From contig CAMWJC010000008.1 in the NCBI GenBank assembly GCA_947174495.1, positions 801-64,800 on the forward strand: 64,000 nt of DNA, read 5' to 3'. The position numbers were made by a program, and so were the translations under genes. The notes under the pieces were generated by a model. It did not search any database. It was not told where the DNA came from and saw only the letters and a list, made by a program, of their open reading frames with translations. Shown in pieces: positions 1-9,724 of this stretch. Source of the DNA: an uncultured Lachnospiraceae bacterium. GTDB lineage: Bacteria > Bacillota > Clostridia > Lachnospirales > Lachnospiraceae. Each line of letters begins with the position of its first letter. Position 1 is the first letter of the stretch.

Positions 1-369
1 AATTTTCACGGTTCCTTCCAGCTGCTCCCTTTTTTTATTTAACAAAACAGCACAGCCTATCCCCACAACAATATGCAGATCATGCCCGCAGGCATGCATC
101 TTTCCGTCATGCTCCGAGGCATAAGAAAGACCTGTCTCCTCCCTGATCGGCAGCGCATCAATATCACAGCGAAGTGCCTGCACTGGTCCTTTCTTTGCTC
201 CTCTTATGATTGCCACAAGTCCTGTTTCCAGTGTGCAGGGCAGGATCTCCACGCCCTCCTGTGTAAGGATCTCTTTAATCTTTGCCGTCGTCGCGTATTC
301 CTCATAAGACAGCTCAGGATTTTTATGAAACCATTTGAAATATTCAATCAGTCTTTCTTCAAAATGCAC
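1..369 (-). CDS. M20 family amidohydrolase (N-acyl-amino-acid amidohydrolase/hippuricase-like), 3' part outside window; missing from the ORF track
   Basis: Manual translation from GTG at 369 (purine-rich RBS GGAAAGGAAAG upstream): MHFEERLIEYFKWFHKNPELSYEEYATT...ALRCDIDALPIREETGLSYASEHDGKMHACGHDLH. The HxxPELS, RxDxDALP and MHACGHD motifs are typical of M20D. Frame is open to position 1. Confidence 0.9.
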   Translation of the reverse strand, partial: MHFEERLIEYFKWFHKNPELSYEEYATTAKIKEILTQEGVEILPCTLETGLVAIIRGAKKGPVQALRCDIDALPIREETGLSYASEHDGKMHACGHDLHIVVGIGCAVLLNKKREQLEGTVKI

Positions 370-404
370 GGTATACACTTTCCTTTCCCATGGCCAGATT
401 TGCT

Positions 405-1292
405 TTATCTCCCGCTGTTCGGATCTAGAGCATCCCGCAGGGCATCTCCGATAAAATTAATTGTCATTACCAATATGATTATCAGAAGTCCCGGCGGAAG
501 CCAAAGCCAGGGCTGTCTGGTCAAAACAGTAAGCGACTGGGCACCATTTAACATATTTCCAAGACTTGCAGTGGGAGGACGCACTCCCAAACCCAAAAAG
601 CTTAATGCTGCCTCATCCAGCATAGACAACGCCAGCACAGAGGTTGCATATACCAAAATAGGGGCTACTGTATTGGGCAGTATTTCTGAAAATAATATGT
701 GACGCAAGGGCATCCCCGCCACCAGATTTCCTTTTACAAAATTAGTTTCCCGCAGGCTCAGCACATTGCCTCTTACCAGTCTGGCAATTCCCGGCCAGTC
801 TACAAACCCCAAAATCAAAATAATACTCCACATTCCAGGTTCAAATATTGATGCTGCAACTAATACCAGTAAAATATAGGGAAACGACATGACCATATCT
901 GTAAAACGCATAATCACCATATCTGCAATTCCGCCAAAATATCCGGCAATGAGCCCTAACACGACTCCTACTGCCGTAGAAATAAATGTAGCCAGAATGC
1001 CCACCAGAAGCGACACACGCATCGCATATAAAAGTCTGCTGAACACATCCCTGCCAATCTGATCCGTCCCCATCCAGAACTCCTTACAAGGAGCCCCGCT
1101 GAACGTTCCCACGATCTCGTCCGGATCATATGGTGCAATAATCGGAGCAAGAAGCGCAGCGCCTCCTAAAATAATCAGTATAATCAAACTTACCGCTGCC
1201 AAATGATGACGGCGAAAGCGTCGAAATACCGTCTGGAAATAGCTTTCACTTATAATATCCTTTTCTGTTTTTGACAAATTCTCCTGCCTCAT
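405..1292 (-). CDS. Oligopeptide/dipeptide-type ABC transporter permease (OppC/DppC-like)
   Basis: GTDQIGRDVFSRLLY motif, TM helices, EAA-like loop. Start moved to MRQENL (ATG 1292, GGAGAG RBS). Confidence 0.92.
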   Translation of the reverse strand: MRQENLSKTEKDIISESYFQTVFRRFRRHHLAAVSLIILIILGGAALLAPIIAPYDPDEIVGTFSGAPCKEFWMGTDQIGRDVFSRLLYAMRVSLLVGILATFISTAVGVVLGLIAGYFGGIADMVIMRFTDMVMSFPYILLVLVAASIFEPGMWSIILILGFVDWPGIARLVRGNVLSLRETNFVKGNLVAGMPLRHILFSEILPNTVAPILVYATSVLALSMLDEAALSFLGLGVRPPTASLGNMLNGAQSLTVLTRQPWLWLPPGLLIIILVMTINFIGDALRDALDPNSGR

Positions 1293-1317
1293 ACTCTCTC
1301 CTAATTTGTAATGCCGT

Positions 1318-2271
1318 TTACTGCAGCTGAATCGTAGGGTCAACCAGCGCATACAAAATATCTGTAACCAGATTGGCAAGAAGCACTACCACTGCCGACA
1401 ATAGACAAACCCCCATGATCACCGGATAATCCCTGCTCGTAATAGCACTCATGGTCATAAGTCCTAAACCCGGCCAGGAAAAGACCTGCTCCACAATAAC
1501 AGCACCGCCAAAAAGAACCGGAATCTCCATTCCAATTACAGTAACAATAGGAACCAGCGCATTGCGGAGCGCATGCTTATTGATAACCAGAAAACGACCG
1601 ATTCCTTTTGCTCTGGCTGTACGCAGGTAATCCTGCTGCAAAATTTCCAAAACTGCACTCCGGATATAACGAATGTTTCTTCCCGCTATAGACGTTGCAA
1701 GTACAATAACCGGCATTATCATATGCTGCGCCACGTCTCCAAAGCTTCCCGAGGTTCCCAATGTGCTCATGCCGCTTGACGGAAGCCATCCCAGCTTTAC
1801 CGTAAACACAAAAATCAGTAAAAGGGCAAGAAAAAAGCTTGGAATACTGCTGCCAAAAAAAGAAAAGGTTACCGCTGTATAATCTCCCGCAGAATATTGA
1901 TGTACTGCACTGTAAATTCCTGCCGGAATGGCTACGGCAAGTCCCACCAAGAGAGAAACACCCATAAGCAGCAGCGTAGGTCCAAGGTGACTTCCGATCA
2001 TAGCGCTGACTGACTGATAAGACTTAATGGAATACCCCATATTCCCCTTAAGAAGCTGCCCCAGCCAGACAAAATATTGAATATAAAAAGGCTTATCAAG
2101 TCCAAGTGCAATCGCTTTTGCTTCTAATGCCGCCTCCGAAACTCTTGGTCCCTTCAGCATTTCCAGAGGACTTCCTGCCAGGCACATAATCGCATAGTCA
2201 ATGATGGTAATCCCGATGAGCACCGGAATTGCGACTAAAATACGCTTTAAAATATATTTACTCATTTCCAC
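1318..2271 (-). CDS. Oligopeptide/dipeptide-type ABC transporter permease (OppB/DppB-like)
   Basis: YILKRIL N-terminus; DYLRTARAKG...KHALRNAL, VEQVFSWPGLG and RDYPV motifs; AAGGAGG RBS before GTG. Confidence 0.93.
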   Translation of the reverse strand: MEMSKYILKRILVAIPVLIGITIIDYAIMCLAGSPLEMLKGPRVSEAALEAKAIALGLDKPFYIQYFVWLGQLLKGNMGYSIKSYQSVSAMIGSHLGPTLLLMGVSLLVGLAVAIPAGIYSAVHQYSAGDYTAVTFSFFGSSIPSFFLALLLIFVFTVKLGWLPSSGMSTLGTSGSFGDVAQHMIMPVIVLATSIAGRNIRYIRSAVLEILQQDYLRTARAKGIGRFLVINKHALRNALVPIVTVIGMEIPVLFGGAVIVEQVFSWPGLGLMTMSAITSRDYPVIMGVCLLSAVVVLLANLVTDILYALVDPTIQLQ

Positions 2272-3287
2272 GCCTCCTTACTTGTCATAACGATCGGGCA
2301 TGCCGCATAATGTACGCTTTCCGATCCTGTTTCCAAGAGCATCGGCTCCTTTTGTCTACAGATTTCCGTTGCATATGGACATCTTGGATGAAATCTGCAT
2401 CCTATAGGCGGATTTACACTGCTTCCAATCTCTCCCTGAAGAAGATAATGTTCTTTATTTTTTTCGGCGGGATCAGGAATCGGCACCGCATTAAGCAGCG
2501 CCTGTGTGTAAGGATGTACCGGATGTGCAAATATTTCTTTTGCTTCCCCAATCTCCACAATCTTACCCAAATACATGACAGCAATTCTGTCACTGACATA
2601 ATTCACTGCGCCCAGACCGTGACCTACAAATAAAAGCGTGAGCCCCAGTTCCTTCTGTAACCCCTTTAAAAGATTCAAAATCTGTGCCTGTATCGATACA
2701 TCTAATGCACTGACCGGCTCGTCACACACGATAAAACGAGGATTTAAAGAAAGTGCTTTGGCAATTCCAATCCTCTGGCGCTGACCGCCGGAAAACTCAT
2801 GAGGGTATCTTCCCAGTACATTCCGAGGGAGTCCTACCATATCCAATATCCTGACCATATCTTTTTCCACAGTTTCTCTGGTAGAAACCTTATGATACAG
2901 CATGGGCTGTGCTAAAATCTCAAAAACATGCTTTCTGGGGTTTAGGGAAGAATAGGGGTCCTGAAACACCATCTGCAGATGAGTTCTTATTTTTTCCATC
3001 TCCTTTTTGGGAAGCTTTGCAAGATCCTGTCCCTCATAACAAATCTTCCCTTCTGTAGGCTTTTCCAATCCTACAAGCGCTCTGCCAATGGTTGATTTTC
3101 CGCATCCGGATTCTCCCACCAATCCCAGAGTCTCCCCTTCCAAAATAGAAAAACTTACCCCGTCCACTGCTTTGACATGAGCAGTCGTATGTGTAACAAT
3201 TCCTCCCTTGATCGCATAATACTTTTTCAGATTTTCCACTTCAATCAATGGGATTTTCCTTTCCTGATCAGTATGGGAATGACTCAT
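2262..3287 (-). CDS. Peptide ABC transporter ATP-binding subunit (OppF/DppF-like)
   Basis: GESGCGKS Walker A, FSGGQRQR signature, CDEP Walker B, C-terminal GCRFHPRC cysteine domain. Start at MSHSHT overlaps the upstream stop. Confidence 0.93.
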   Translation of the reverse strand: MSHSHTDQERKIPLIEVENLKKYYAIKGGIVTHTTAHVKAVDGVSFSILEGETLGLVGESGCGKSTIGRALVGLEKPTEGKICYEGQDLAKLPKKEMEKIRTHLQMVFQDPYSSLNPRKHVFEILAQPMLYHKVSTRETVEKDMVRILDMVGLPRNVLGRYPHEFSGGQRQRIGIAKALSLNPRFIVCDEPVSALDVSIQAQILNLLKGLQKELGLTLLFVGHGLGAVNYVSDRIAVMYLGKIVEIGEAKEIFAHPVHPYTQALLNAVPIPDPAEKNKEHYLLQGEIGSSVNPPIGCRFHPRCPYATEICRQKEPMLLETGSESVHYAACPIVMTSKEAWK

Positions 3288-4264
3288 ACGGGTATTCCCC
3301 CTTCCTTCATCACAATACATCTGGCCCTGTGTTCCTCACCAAATTCATAGCTTGCCTGTGGAAACTCACACTCCTCTTTCCGATAAGGACAACGCTGTGC
3401 AAACCTGCATCCGGTGATATCATCGTAATTTTCCGGCACCATTCCCGGAATTGCAGTCAATTTTCGATCTGCACTATCTCGAATAGTAGGAACCGTGTCA
3501 AGCAATGCCCGGGTATAAGGATGCTTCGGATTTGCAAAAAGCTCTGACGCAGATGCTTCTTCAACAATCTGCCCTGCATACATAACAAGCACTCGATCCG
3601 CCATATTGGCAACCACGCCAATGTCGTGGGTAATCAAAATCATAGACATCCCGCTTTCCTGCTGAAGTTCCTTAAGCAGCTTCATAATCTGTGCCTGTAT
3701 GGTCACATCCAAAGCCGTCGTGGGTTCGTCTGCAATCAGCAGTCTGGGATTACAGGAAAGAGCCATTGCAATCATAATGCGCTGCCGCATTCCACCAGAA
3801 AGCGTATGGGGATACTTTCGCATCATTCCCTTTGGATCAGGCATTCCTACCTTTTCAAGTAAGGTAACTGCCCTTTCCCGTGCCTGCGCTTTTGATAAGT
3901 GCATATGTGTCATAATGCTTTCCGCAATCTGATTCCCCACCGTAAATACCGGATTTAAAGATGTAAGAGGATCCTGAAAAATCATAGTCATCTGATTTCC
4001 TCTGATCTCATCCAATTCCTTTTCCGTCATGGCAAGAAGATTCTTTCCATCAAAAAGGACTTCTCCCTCCGAAACCTTTCCGTCACGCCGCAGGAGTCCC
4101 ATAATTGATAGTGAGGTCACGCTTTTCCCACATCCGGATTCTCCAACGATGCAGACCACTTCCCCCTCATCCACATGAAAATCAATATGATCCACACTGA
4201 TATTTTTGCCGTAATCTCCCGTAAAGGCAGTTGTAAGCCCCTTTACCTCCAACAAATGTGCCAT
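3284..4264 (-). CDS. Peptide ABC transporter ATP-binding subunit (OppD/DppD-like)
   Basis: GESGCGKS, LSGGMRQR, ADEPTTALDVTIQAQ, ITHD, GCRFAQRC. Start moved to MAHLLE (4264). Confidence 0.93.
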   Translation of the reverse strand: MAHLLEVKGLTTAFTGDYGKNISVDHIDFHVDEGEVVCIVGESGCGKSVTSLSIMGLLRRDGKVSEGEVLFDGKNLLAMTEKELDEIRGNQMTMIFQDPLTSLNPVFTVGNQIAESIMTHMHLSKAQARERAVTLLEKVGMPDPKGMMRKYPHTLSGGMRQRIMIAMALSCNPRLLIADEPTTALDVTIQAQIMKLLKELQQESGMSMILITHDIGVVANMADRVLVMYAGQIVEEASASELFANPKHPYTRALLDTVPTIRDSADRKLTAIPGMVPENYDDITGCRFAQRCPYRKEECEFPQASYEFGEEHRARCIVMKEGGIPV

Positions 4265-4325
4265 CCCTTTTTCGCTCTTTCCTTCCTTTGATGCTTTTCT
4301 AAGCCGTTCGCCCACGTACACAAAT

Positions 4326-4358
4326 ACCACAGCACGGCTGTAACAGCCGCCTGCGGTA
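4326..4358 (-). promoter_or_regulatory. Stem-loop between the SBP gene and the ATPase gene (probable mRNA-stabilising hairpin)
   Basis: Core CGGCTG-TAA-CAGCCG (4336-4350) with imperfect flanking arms; no clear U-tract. Confidence 0.45.
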
Positions 4359-4388
4359 TCTGCTTCAACGATAAACCTGTTTCATATT

Positions 4389-5978
4389 TTATTTAAGTTC
4401 CCAATTCTGCACATTATTAAAAAATCCATATGCACTGGGTTCTGCTCCCGAAAGACGGCTGCTCACTGCTCCCTGCGCACTGATAATATAAACAGAAAAC
4501 ATAGGAACATCTTCCTGTACTTTTTGATCCACAACGGAATAAAGGTCTCTAATCTCTCCAATATCACTGGTCTGCTGTGTTCCGGCAAGTGCCTGACTGA
4601 TCTCGTCACTGGCATATCCCGTCCAGCTTCCCTCACCACTAAGCAGCCAGTCCACATCCGGATAGGGATCTACCGGCGCATAAGTATACTGTACTGCCAT
4701 AATATCATAGTCTGTGCTTCCTGCAATCGTCATCAGGGTGGCAAGATCCACTGTCTGAACCTCCACGTTGATTCCCACCTCAGCCCACTGTGCTACCAAT
4801 ACCTGAGCACCGTTTACAAATGTGCTGTCACCGGAATTCACATAAAACCGAAGCGTCTGTGAACCATCCCAGCCGGCCTCAGCCAAAAGCTCTTTTGCCC
4901 TCTCCGGGTCATAGGGCGTCACCTCAATGCCACTGTCAAAGAAAGGACTTGCAGAAGAAAGGAACCCATCCACCACCTCGCCATGACCTTTGAGCAGTTC
5001 GTCTACCAGCTTTTGTCTGTCAATGGCATAGACAAGTGCCTGACGAACTCTTGCATCCGATATATTAGCTGTCTGTACAAACGCCGACTGATTAGTGATT
5101 GGCGCTCCGTAAACCACTTTTACATTTTTCAGGGCTTCAATACTCTCATAATCCTCCTGGGGGATTGCTGTCATGGTGTGATGCGTAATATCAATCTCTC
5201 CGGACTGCAGACCGGAAAGGATCTGGCTGGAATCCACAATTTTTAAATTCAGTTTTTCGATTTTCGGCGCACCTTTCCAGTAATCCGTATTAGCCGTATA
5301 GGTAACGTAGTGGTCATTATCATGATCTGTCAAAAAATAAGGACCGCTGATCACATCCGGCTTATTGAACCACTCCGCTGTGAGAAGCTCTTCCTCACTG
5401 AACTTCTCGATTACGTGTTTGGGCATCGTATGAAGATATCTTGCATAAGTATTTTCAAAAGTGGTAAGCGCCATTGGATACTTAGCCGTAAACTGTATGG
5501 TCTTATCATCAATAATCTGAATTCCCTCAATACTCTCTGCACCCTTTTCCACAAAGCCGTCATCTCCCACGCCTTCAAAAGCATAAAGCATCAATGTGGT
5601 ATTGTTCACTACCGGGCTTGCAAGTCTGCGTACCGTATACTCCACATCCGCTGCTGTCACGGGAGTACCATCCGACCAGGTTGCCTTATCATCAATATGC
5701 ACTACAAAATTTATGTTATCCTCTGTTGTAACAGAATCTGCAAGCATACCCTGAAAATTTAAATCCTTGTCAAGCTCCATCAGGGGTAAAAACATTAATC
5801 CCACCGCATACTTGTTGATTTCTGTCTGATCAATGACAAACGGATTAACACCGCCTAACGAATCCGTTACACCCACATTGACCACATTTTCACTTCCGCC
5901 CGCTGAGCACCCGGCTGTAGCAAATACAAGCGCTGCTGCCAAAGAAAGAGCGAACAGACTTTTGATAAATTTTTTCAT
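4389..5978 (-). CDS. Family 5 ABC solute-binding lipoprotein (OppA/DppA-like)
   Basis: Lipobox ATAG-C; WSDGTPVTAADV, SGPY and VRQALVYAIDR motifs of SBP_bac_5. Confidence 0.92.
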   Translation of the reverse strand: MKKFIKSLFALSLAAALVFATAGCSAGGSENVVNVGVTDSLGGVNPFVIDQTEINKYAVGLMFLPLMELDKDLNFQGMLADSVTTEDNINFVVHIDDKATWSDGTPVTAADVEYTVRRLASPVVNNTTLMLYAFEGVGDDGFVEKGAESIEGIQIIDDKTIQFTAKYPMALTTFENTYARYLHTMPKHVIEKFSEEELLTAEWFNKPDVISGPYFLTDHDNDHYVTYTANTDYWKGAPKIEKLNLKIVDSSQILSGLQSGEIDITHHTMTAIPQEDYESIEALKNVKVVYGAPITNQSAFVQTANISDARVRQALVYAIDRQKLVDELLKGHGEVVDGFLSSASPFFDSGIEVTPYDPERAKELLAEAGWDGSQTLRFYVNSGDSTFVNGAQVLVAQWAEVGINVEVQTVDLATLMTIAGSTDYDIMAVQYTYAPVDPYPDVDWLLSGEGSWTGYASDEISQALAGTQQTSDIGEIRDLYSVVDQKVQEDVPMFSVYIISAQGAVSSRLSGAEPSAYGFFNNVQNWELK

Positions 5979-6018
5979 TTCTTCCTCCGTTCTAATGCCA
6001 AAAACAAATAGTCAGTTC

Positions 6019-6047
6019 ATTGTACTGTTACAGCTTCAAAATGTCAA
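6019..6047 (-). promoter_or_regulatory. Sigma-A promoter of the peptide ABC/amidohydrolase operon
   Basis: TTGACA (6042-6047) - 17 nt - TACAAT (6019-6024) on the minus strand. Confidence 0.75.
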
Positions 6048-6114
6048 TATTTCCCGGTTAAATTCTGCTAAAAATCTACGTGGTTGTTTCACACATGTAT
6101 ACGCAGCTGCCAGC

Positions 6115-7053
6115 TTAATTACCTGCAAATAAAGCAGTCGATAAATATCTGTCTCCTGAATCCGGTAAAAGAACCACAATCGTCTTTCCCGCATTTTCTG
6201 GACGTTTCGCCAATATCGATGCTGCCTTAAGCGCCGCACCGGATGAGATGCCTACCAGAATTCCTTCGGAAACCGCAAAAGCTTTTCCTTCCGCAAATGC
6301 CTCTTCATTTTCAATCGTAATGATCTCATCATAGATCTCTGTGTTTAACGTATCTGGCACAAAACCTGCACCGATACCCTGTATACCGTGTTTTCCGGTA
6401 GTTCCCTTCGACAATACGGGACTTCCGGCCGGCTCTACCGCTACCACCTTTACAGCTGGATTTTGGGACTTCAAATACTCGCCTACACCGGTAATGGTTC
6501 CGCCGGTTCCTATGCCTGCTACAAAGATATCTACCTTTCCTTCCGTCTGATCCCAAATCTCAGGACCCGTAGTACTTCTATGCGCCGCCGGATTTGCCGG
6601 ATTTTCAAATTGCCCTAAAATAACTGCCCCGGGAATGGATTCTTTAAGTTCCTGCGCTTTTGCGATAGCGCCCTTCATTCCCTTAGCGCCCTCCGTAAGT
6701 ACTAACTCTGCACCATATGCTCCAAGCAGATTTCTACGCTCAACGCTCATAGTATCCGGCAATGTCAGAATTGCTTTGTAGCCTTTGGCTGCTGCCACTG
6801 CTGCAAGACCGATACCGGTATTTCCTGATGTAGGTTCAATGATGGTTGCACCGGGCTTTAATATTCCCTTCTGCTCCGCATCCTCTACCATAGCAAGCGC
6901 AATACGATCCTTTACCGATCCGGCAGGATTTAAGTACTCCAGCTTCGCCAAAATAACCGCATCATGGACATCTGCTTTTTCTGCATAGCGATTTAATTTT
7001 AATATCGGTGTTCCTCCTATCAGTTCCAATGCACTTTCTTTAATCTTACTCAT
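6115..7053 (-). CDS. cysK: Cysteine synthase A (O-acetylserine sulfhydrylase)
   Basis: [11 protein letters not shown] (PLP Lys), [51 protein letters not shown] before MSKIKE. Confidence 0.96.
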   Translation of the reverse strand: MSKIKESALELIGGTPILKLNRYAEKADVHDAVILAKLEYLNPAGSVKDRIALAMVEDAEQKGILKPGATIIEPTSGNTGIGLAAVAAAKGYKAILTLPDTMSVERRNLLGAYGAELVLTEGAKGMKGAIAKAQELKESIPGAVILGQFENPANPAAHRSTTGPEIWDQTEGKVDIFVAGIGTGGTITGVGEYLKSQNPAVKVVAVEPAGSPVLSKGTTGKHGIQGIGAGFVPDTLNTEIYDEIITIENEEAFAEGKAFAVSEGILVGISSGAALKAASILAKRPENAGKTIVVLLPDSGDRYLSTALFAGN

Positions 7054-7088
7054 AATTGTCCTCCTCATCTATATACCTTGTTTTTATT

Positions 7089-7107
7089 TCCTACTATTTT
7101 AATAGGA
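7089..7107. promoter_or_regulatory. Palindromic operator downstream of the cysK promoter (candidate CymR/Rrf2-type box)
   Basis: TCCTA-N9-TAGGA dyad between the -10 box and the RBS of cysK. Regulator identity is inferred from context only. Confidence 0.55.
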
Positions 7108-7122
7108 TTACTATGATTTTGT

Positions 7123-7151
7123 ATTATAAACTTGTTCCCTAACTTTGTCAA
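7123..7151 (-). promoter_or_regulatory. Perfect-consensus sigma-A promoter of cysK
   Basis: TTGACA (7146-7151) - 17 nt - TATAAT (7123-7128). Confidence 0.88.
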
Positions 7152-7186
7152 ATACTTTTTTATTTTTTCTCATTCGCCGTAACTAT

Positions 7187-8368
7187 TCAGCCATGCACAG
7201 CATTCTCAAGCTTATTCAGTGCAGTTTCCAGTATGGATCTGGGACAGGCTGCATTGACCCTTTGAAATCCCCGTCCGTCATCTCCAAACATGGTCCCCCC
7301 ATCCAGCCATAATCCAGCCTTATGAACAATCAGATTTTCCAGTTCATTTTCGGATAGCCCAAGCTCCCGAAAATCAAGCCATACCAGATAAGTTCCCTCC
7401 GGCGCTCTCATTTTTACCTCCGGAATATTCTCTTTCAGGTATTCCTGTATATAGCTGATGTTATTTTTAATATATTCCGAGACTGCCTGATACCATTCCT
7501 CACCATACCGATAGGCGGCCTCGCAGGCTGCAACACCCACCGAATTAAGCTGACTGTAGCCGGAAGCATCTATCTGCTTTTTAAACAAATGCCGTAATCT
7601 CGCATTGGCAATAAATATGTTGGAGGTCTGAAGCCCTGCAATGTTAAAGGTCTTGCTGGGCGCTGTGCAGGTAACGGTTATCTCTCGGTATTCCTCCTTA
7701 AGATCCGCAAACACCTGATGTTTTCCCTTCCAGACAAAATCGGAATGAATCTCATCACTGACCACAGTCACATGATGTTTACAGCAAATATCTCCAATCC
7801 TTTCCAGTTCCTGACAGCTCCATACTCTTCCTATCGGATTATGAGGATTACACAGGAAAAACAATCGCACATTTTCCTTAATAATCTTCTCCTCAAAATC
7901 CTCAAAATCCATCTCATATTTTCCGTCTCCGCCAAGAATTAGCGCATTGTTGACCACTTTTCTTTTATTATCCAGAATCACTCCGCTAAAAGGGTAGTAT
8001 ACCGGCTGCTGAATTAAAACGCCATCTCCAACATTGGTAAAGGCCCGAACTGCCATGGCAAGGGCATAAACGACACCGGGAGTTTTTATCAGCCACTCCG
8101 GATTCACTTCCCAGCCATGCCGTTTTCTAAGCCAGCTGCTTACCGCCTCAAAATATTCCTCTCCGGGTTCACTGTAGCCGTAGATCCCGTGCTCCGCCTG
8201 CCTGACCACAGCATCCTGAATATAAGAAGAAATTTTAAAATCCATATCCGCGACCCACAGAGGAAGAATATCCTCCGGCATCCCTCTTTTTACTGCAAAG
8301 TCATACTTTAAGGAATTCGTATTCTTTCGGTCGATCACCGTATCAAAATCAAGATTTCGTTCTGCCAT
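7187..8368 (-). CDS. MalY/PatB family PLP-dependent beta C-S lyase (cystathionine beta-lyase)
   Basis: LPLWVADMDF, HGIYGY, CNPHNPIGRVW, SDEIH, APSKTFNIAGL, EGTYLVWLD. Confidence 0.92.
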   Translation of the reverse strand: MAERNLDFDTVIDRKNTNSLKYDFAVKRGMPEDILPLWVADMDFKISSYIQDAVVRQAEHGIYGYSEPGEEYFEAVSSWLRKRHGWEVNPEWLIKTPGVVYALAMAVRAFTNVGDGVLIQQPVYYPFSGVILDNKRKVVNNALILGGDGKYEMDFEDFEEKIIKENVRLFFLCNPHNPIGRVWSCQELERIGDICCKHHVTVVSDEIHSDFVWKGKHQVFADLKEEYREITVTCTAPSKTFNIAGLQTSNIFIANARLRHLFKKQIDASGYSQLNSVGVAACEAAYRYGEEWYQAVSEYIKNNISYIQEYLKENIPEVKMRAPEGTYLVWLDFRELGLSENELENLIVHKAGLWLDGGTMFGDDGRGFQRVNAACPRSILETALNKLENAVHG

Positions 8369-8391
8369 AATAAACCTCCATTCGTTCTTTC

Positions 8392-9537
8392 CTATGAATT
8401 AAAAGCCTGTTGTAGATCTTTAAGCAGATCTCTTCCATCTTCAATGCCTACCGATATCCGCAGAAGCCTGTCGGTAATTCCATTTTCCGCCAGTTCATCC
8501 TTCGGCACATCCGCGTGAGTCTGCATGATCGGATACGTAATCAGCGTTTCTACTCCGCCGAGACTTTCCGCAAATTGAAGAAGCCGTACCTTATTCAAAA
8601 TGCGCTTTGCAAGCTCCGGACTTTCCACTTCAAAACTGATCATTGCGCCATATCCCCTGCTCTGCTTCTTCATAATATCATATCCTGGATGTTCCGGCAA
8701 ACCGGGATAAAACACCTTTGTTACCTGTCCCTGCTCTTTTAACCATCCGGCAATCAGAAACGCATTCTCCTGTGCCTTCTCCATACGTACTGCCAAAGTC
8801 TTGATTCCTCGCAGAGTCAGCCAACTGTCAAAAGGCGATAAACAGGAGCCCACAGTTTTAAATATATATCGCAGTTTTTCCTTCAGCTCTTCATCCTTTA
8901 CCACCGTAAAACCGGCAATAGCATCGTTGTGACCGTTCAGATATTTGGTTCCGCTGTGAATTACAATATCCGCTCCCAGCTCCAACGGATTCTGAAAGTA
9001 AGGTGACAAAAAGGTGTTGTCTACAATCAACAGAATCTTTCGGGGCTTCGTAATCTCACCGAGCTTTTTCAAATCCGTTACATGCATCATAGGATTTGTA
9101 GGCGTTTCCAAAAATACAGCTTTTGTCTGTTCCGTAATGTAGCTGCTTATTTCTTCTCTGCTTAAGTCAACTCTCGAAAAGACAATGCCGTTTTTTGCCG
9201 CAATATTTTGAAACAGCCTGACACTTCCTCCATAAAGATCTGCATCAATAACCACATGATCCCCGGGAGCAAACAATTCCATTACTGCAGAAATTGCCGC
9301 CATCCCGCTTGTAAATCCTATGGCATCAATTCCTTTCTCCAACGCCGCCACCGTCTTTTCAAGCTGTTCTCTGGTTGGGTTCTGCATTCTCGAATAATCA
9401 TAACCGGTGCTTTCTCCTACTCCTCTATGTGCAAAGGTAGCCGTCTGATAAATGGGAAAACTGACTGCACCGAAAGCCTTTTCGACATTTTCATTATTTT
9501 GTAAGTGGATACATTTAGTAGCATTTTGATATTCCAT
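8392..9537 (-). CDS. Trans-sulfuration enzyme (cystathionine gamma-synthase/gamma-lyase, MetB/MetI-like)
   Basis: PIYQT, YDYSRMQNPTR, SGMAAI, ETPTNP, VDNTF, HSGTKYLNGH, AESLGGVETL. Confidence 0.92.
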   Translation of the reverse strand: MEYQNATKCIHLQNNENVEKAFGAVSFPIYQTATFAHRGVGESTGYDYSRMQNPTREQLEKTVAALEKGIDAIGFTSGMAAISAVMELFAPGDHVVIDADLYGGSVRLFQNIAAKNGIVFSRVDLSREEISSYITEQTKAVFLETPTNPMMHVTDLKKLGEITKPRKILLIVDNTFLSPYFQNPLELGADIVIHSGTKYLNGHNDAIAGFTVVKDEELKEKLRYIFKTVGSCLSPFDSWLTLRGIKTLAVRMEKAQENAFLIAGWLKEQGQVTKVFYPGLPEHPGYDIMKKQSRGYGAMISFEVESPELAKRILNKVRLLQFAESLGGVETLITYPIMQTHADVPKDELAENGITDRLLRISVGIEDGRDLLKDLQQAFNS

Positions 9538-9675
9538 AAAGCTTCCTCTCCTTCAATTACATTGTCAATCTTTGCTGCTGGGTCTGAGTATAACGACGGA
9601 CAGTTCTCTTTGCGTCCTGTCCTTATATTAACAAACGCTGCCGCGCTTTGCGGGTCAGCTTATTGTAACAAAATC

Positions 9676-9709
9676 AGCGGAAATTTGCTAATACAAATAA
9701 ATTTCCGCT
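9676..9709. terminator. 11-bp inverted repeat after the MATE gene (terminator, or operator overlapping the metB-like promoter)
   Basis: AGCGGAAATTT (9676-9686) / AAATTTCCGCT (9699-9709); GATTTTGTT follows on the minus strand. Confidence 0.55.
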
Positions 9710-9724
9710 AATAATAGGTATTTC

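Noticed and set aside
73-702. 209-aa plus-strand ORF
   Set aside because: Antisense shadow of the M20 amidohydrolase and the permease on the minus strand; no recognisable motifs.
9595-9660. c-di-GMP-I riboswitch (GGACGCAAAG on the minus strand)
   Set aside because: The upstream GGCAAA...GAAA tetraloop hairpin and the receptor-bearing P3 stem are absent; only a 10-nt match.
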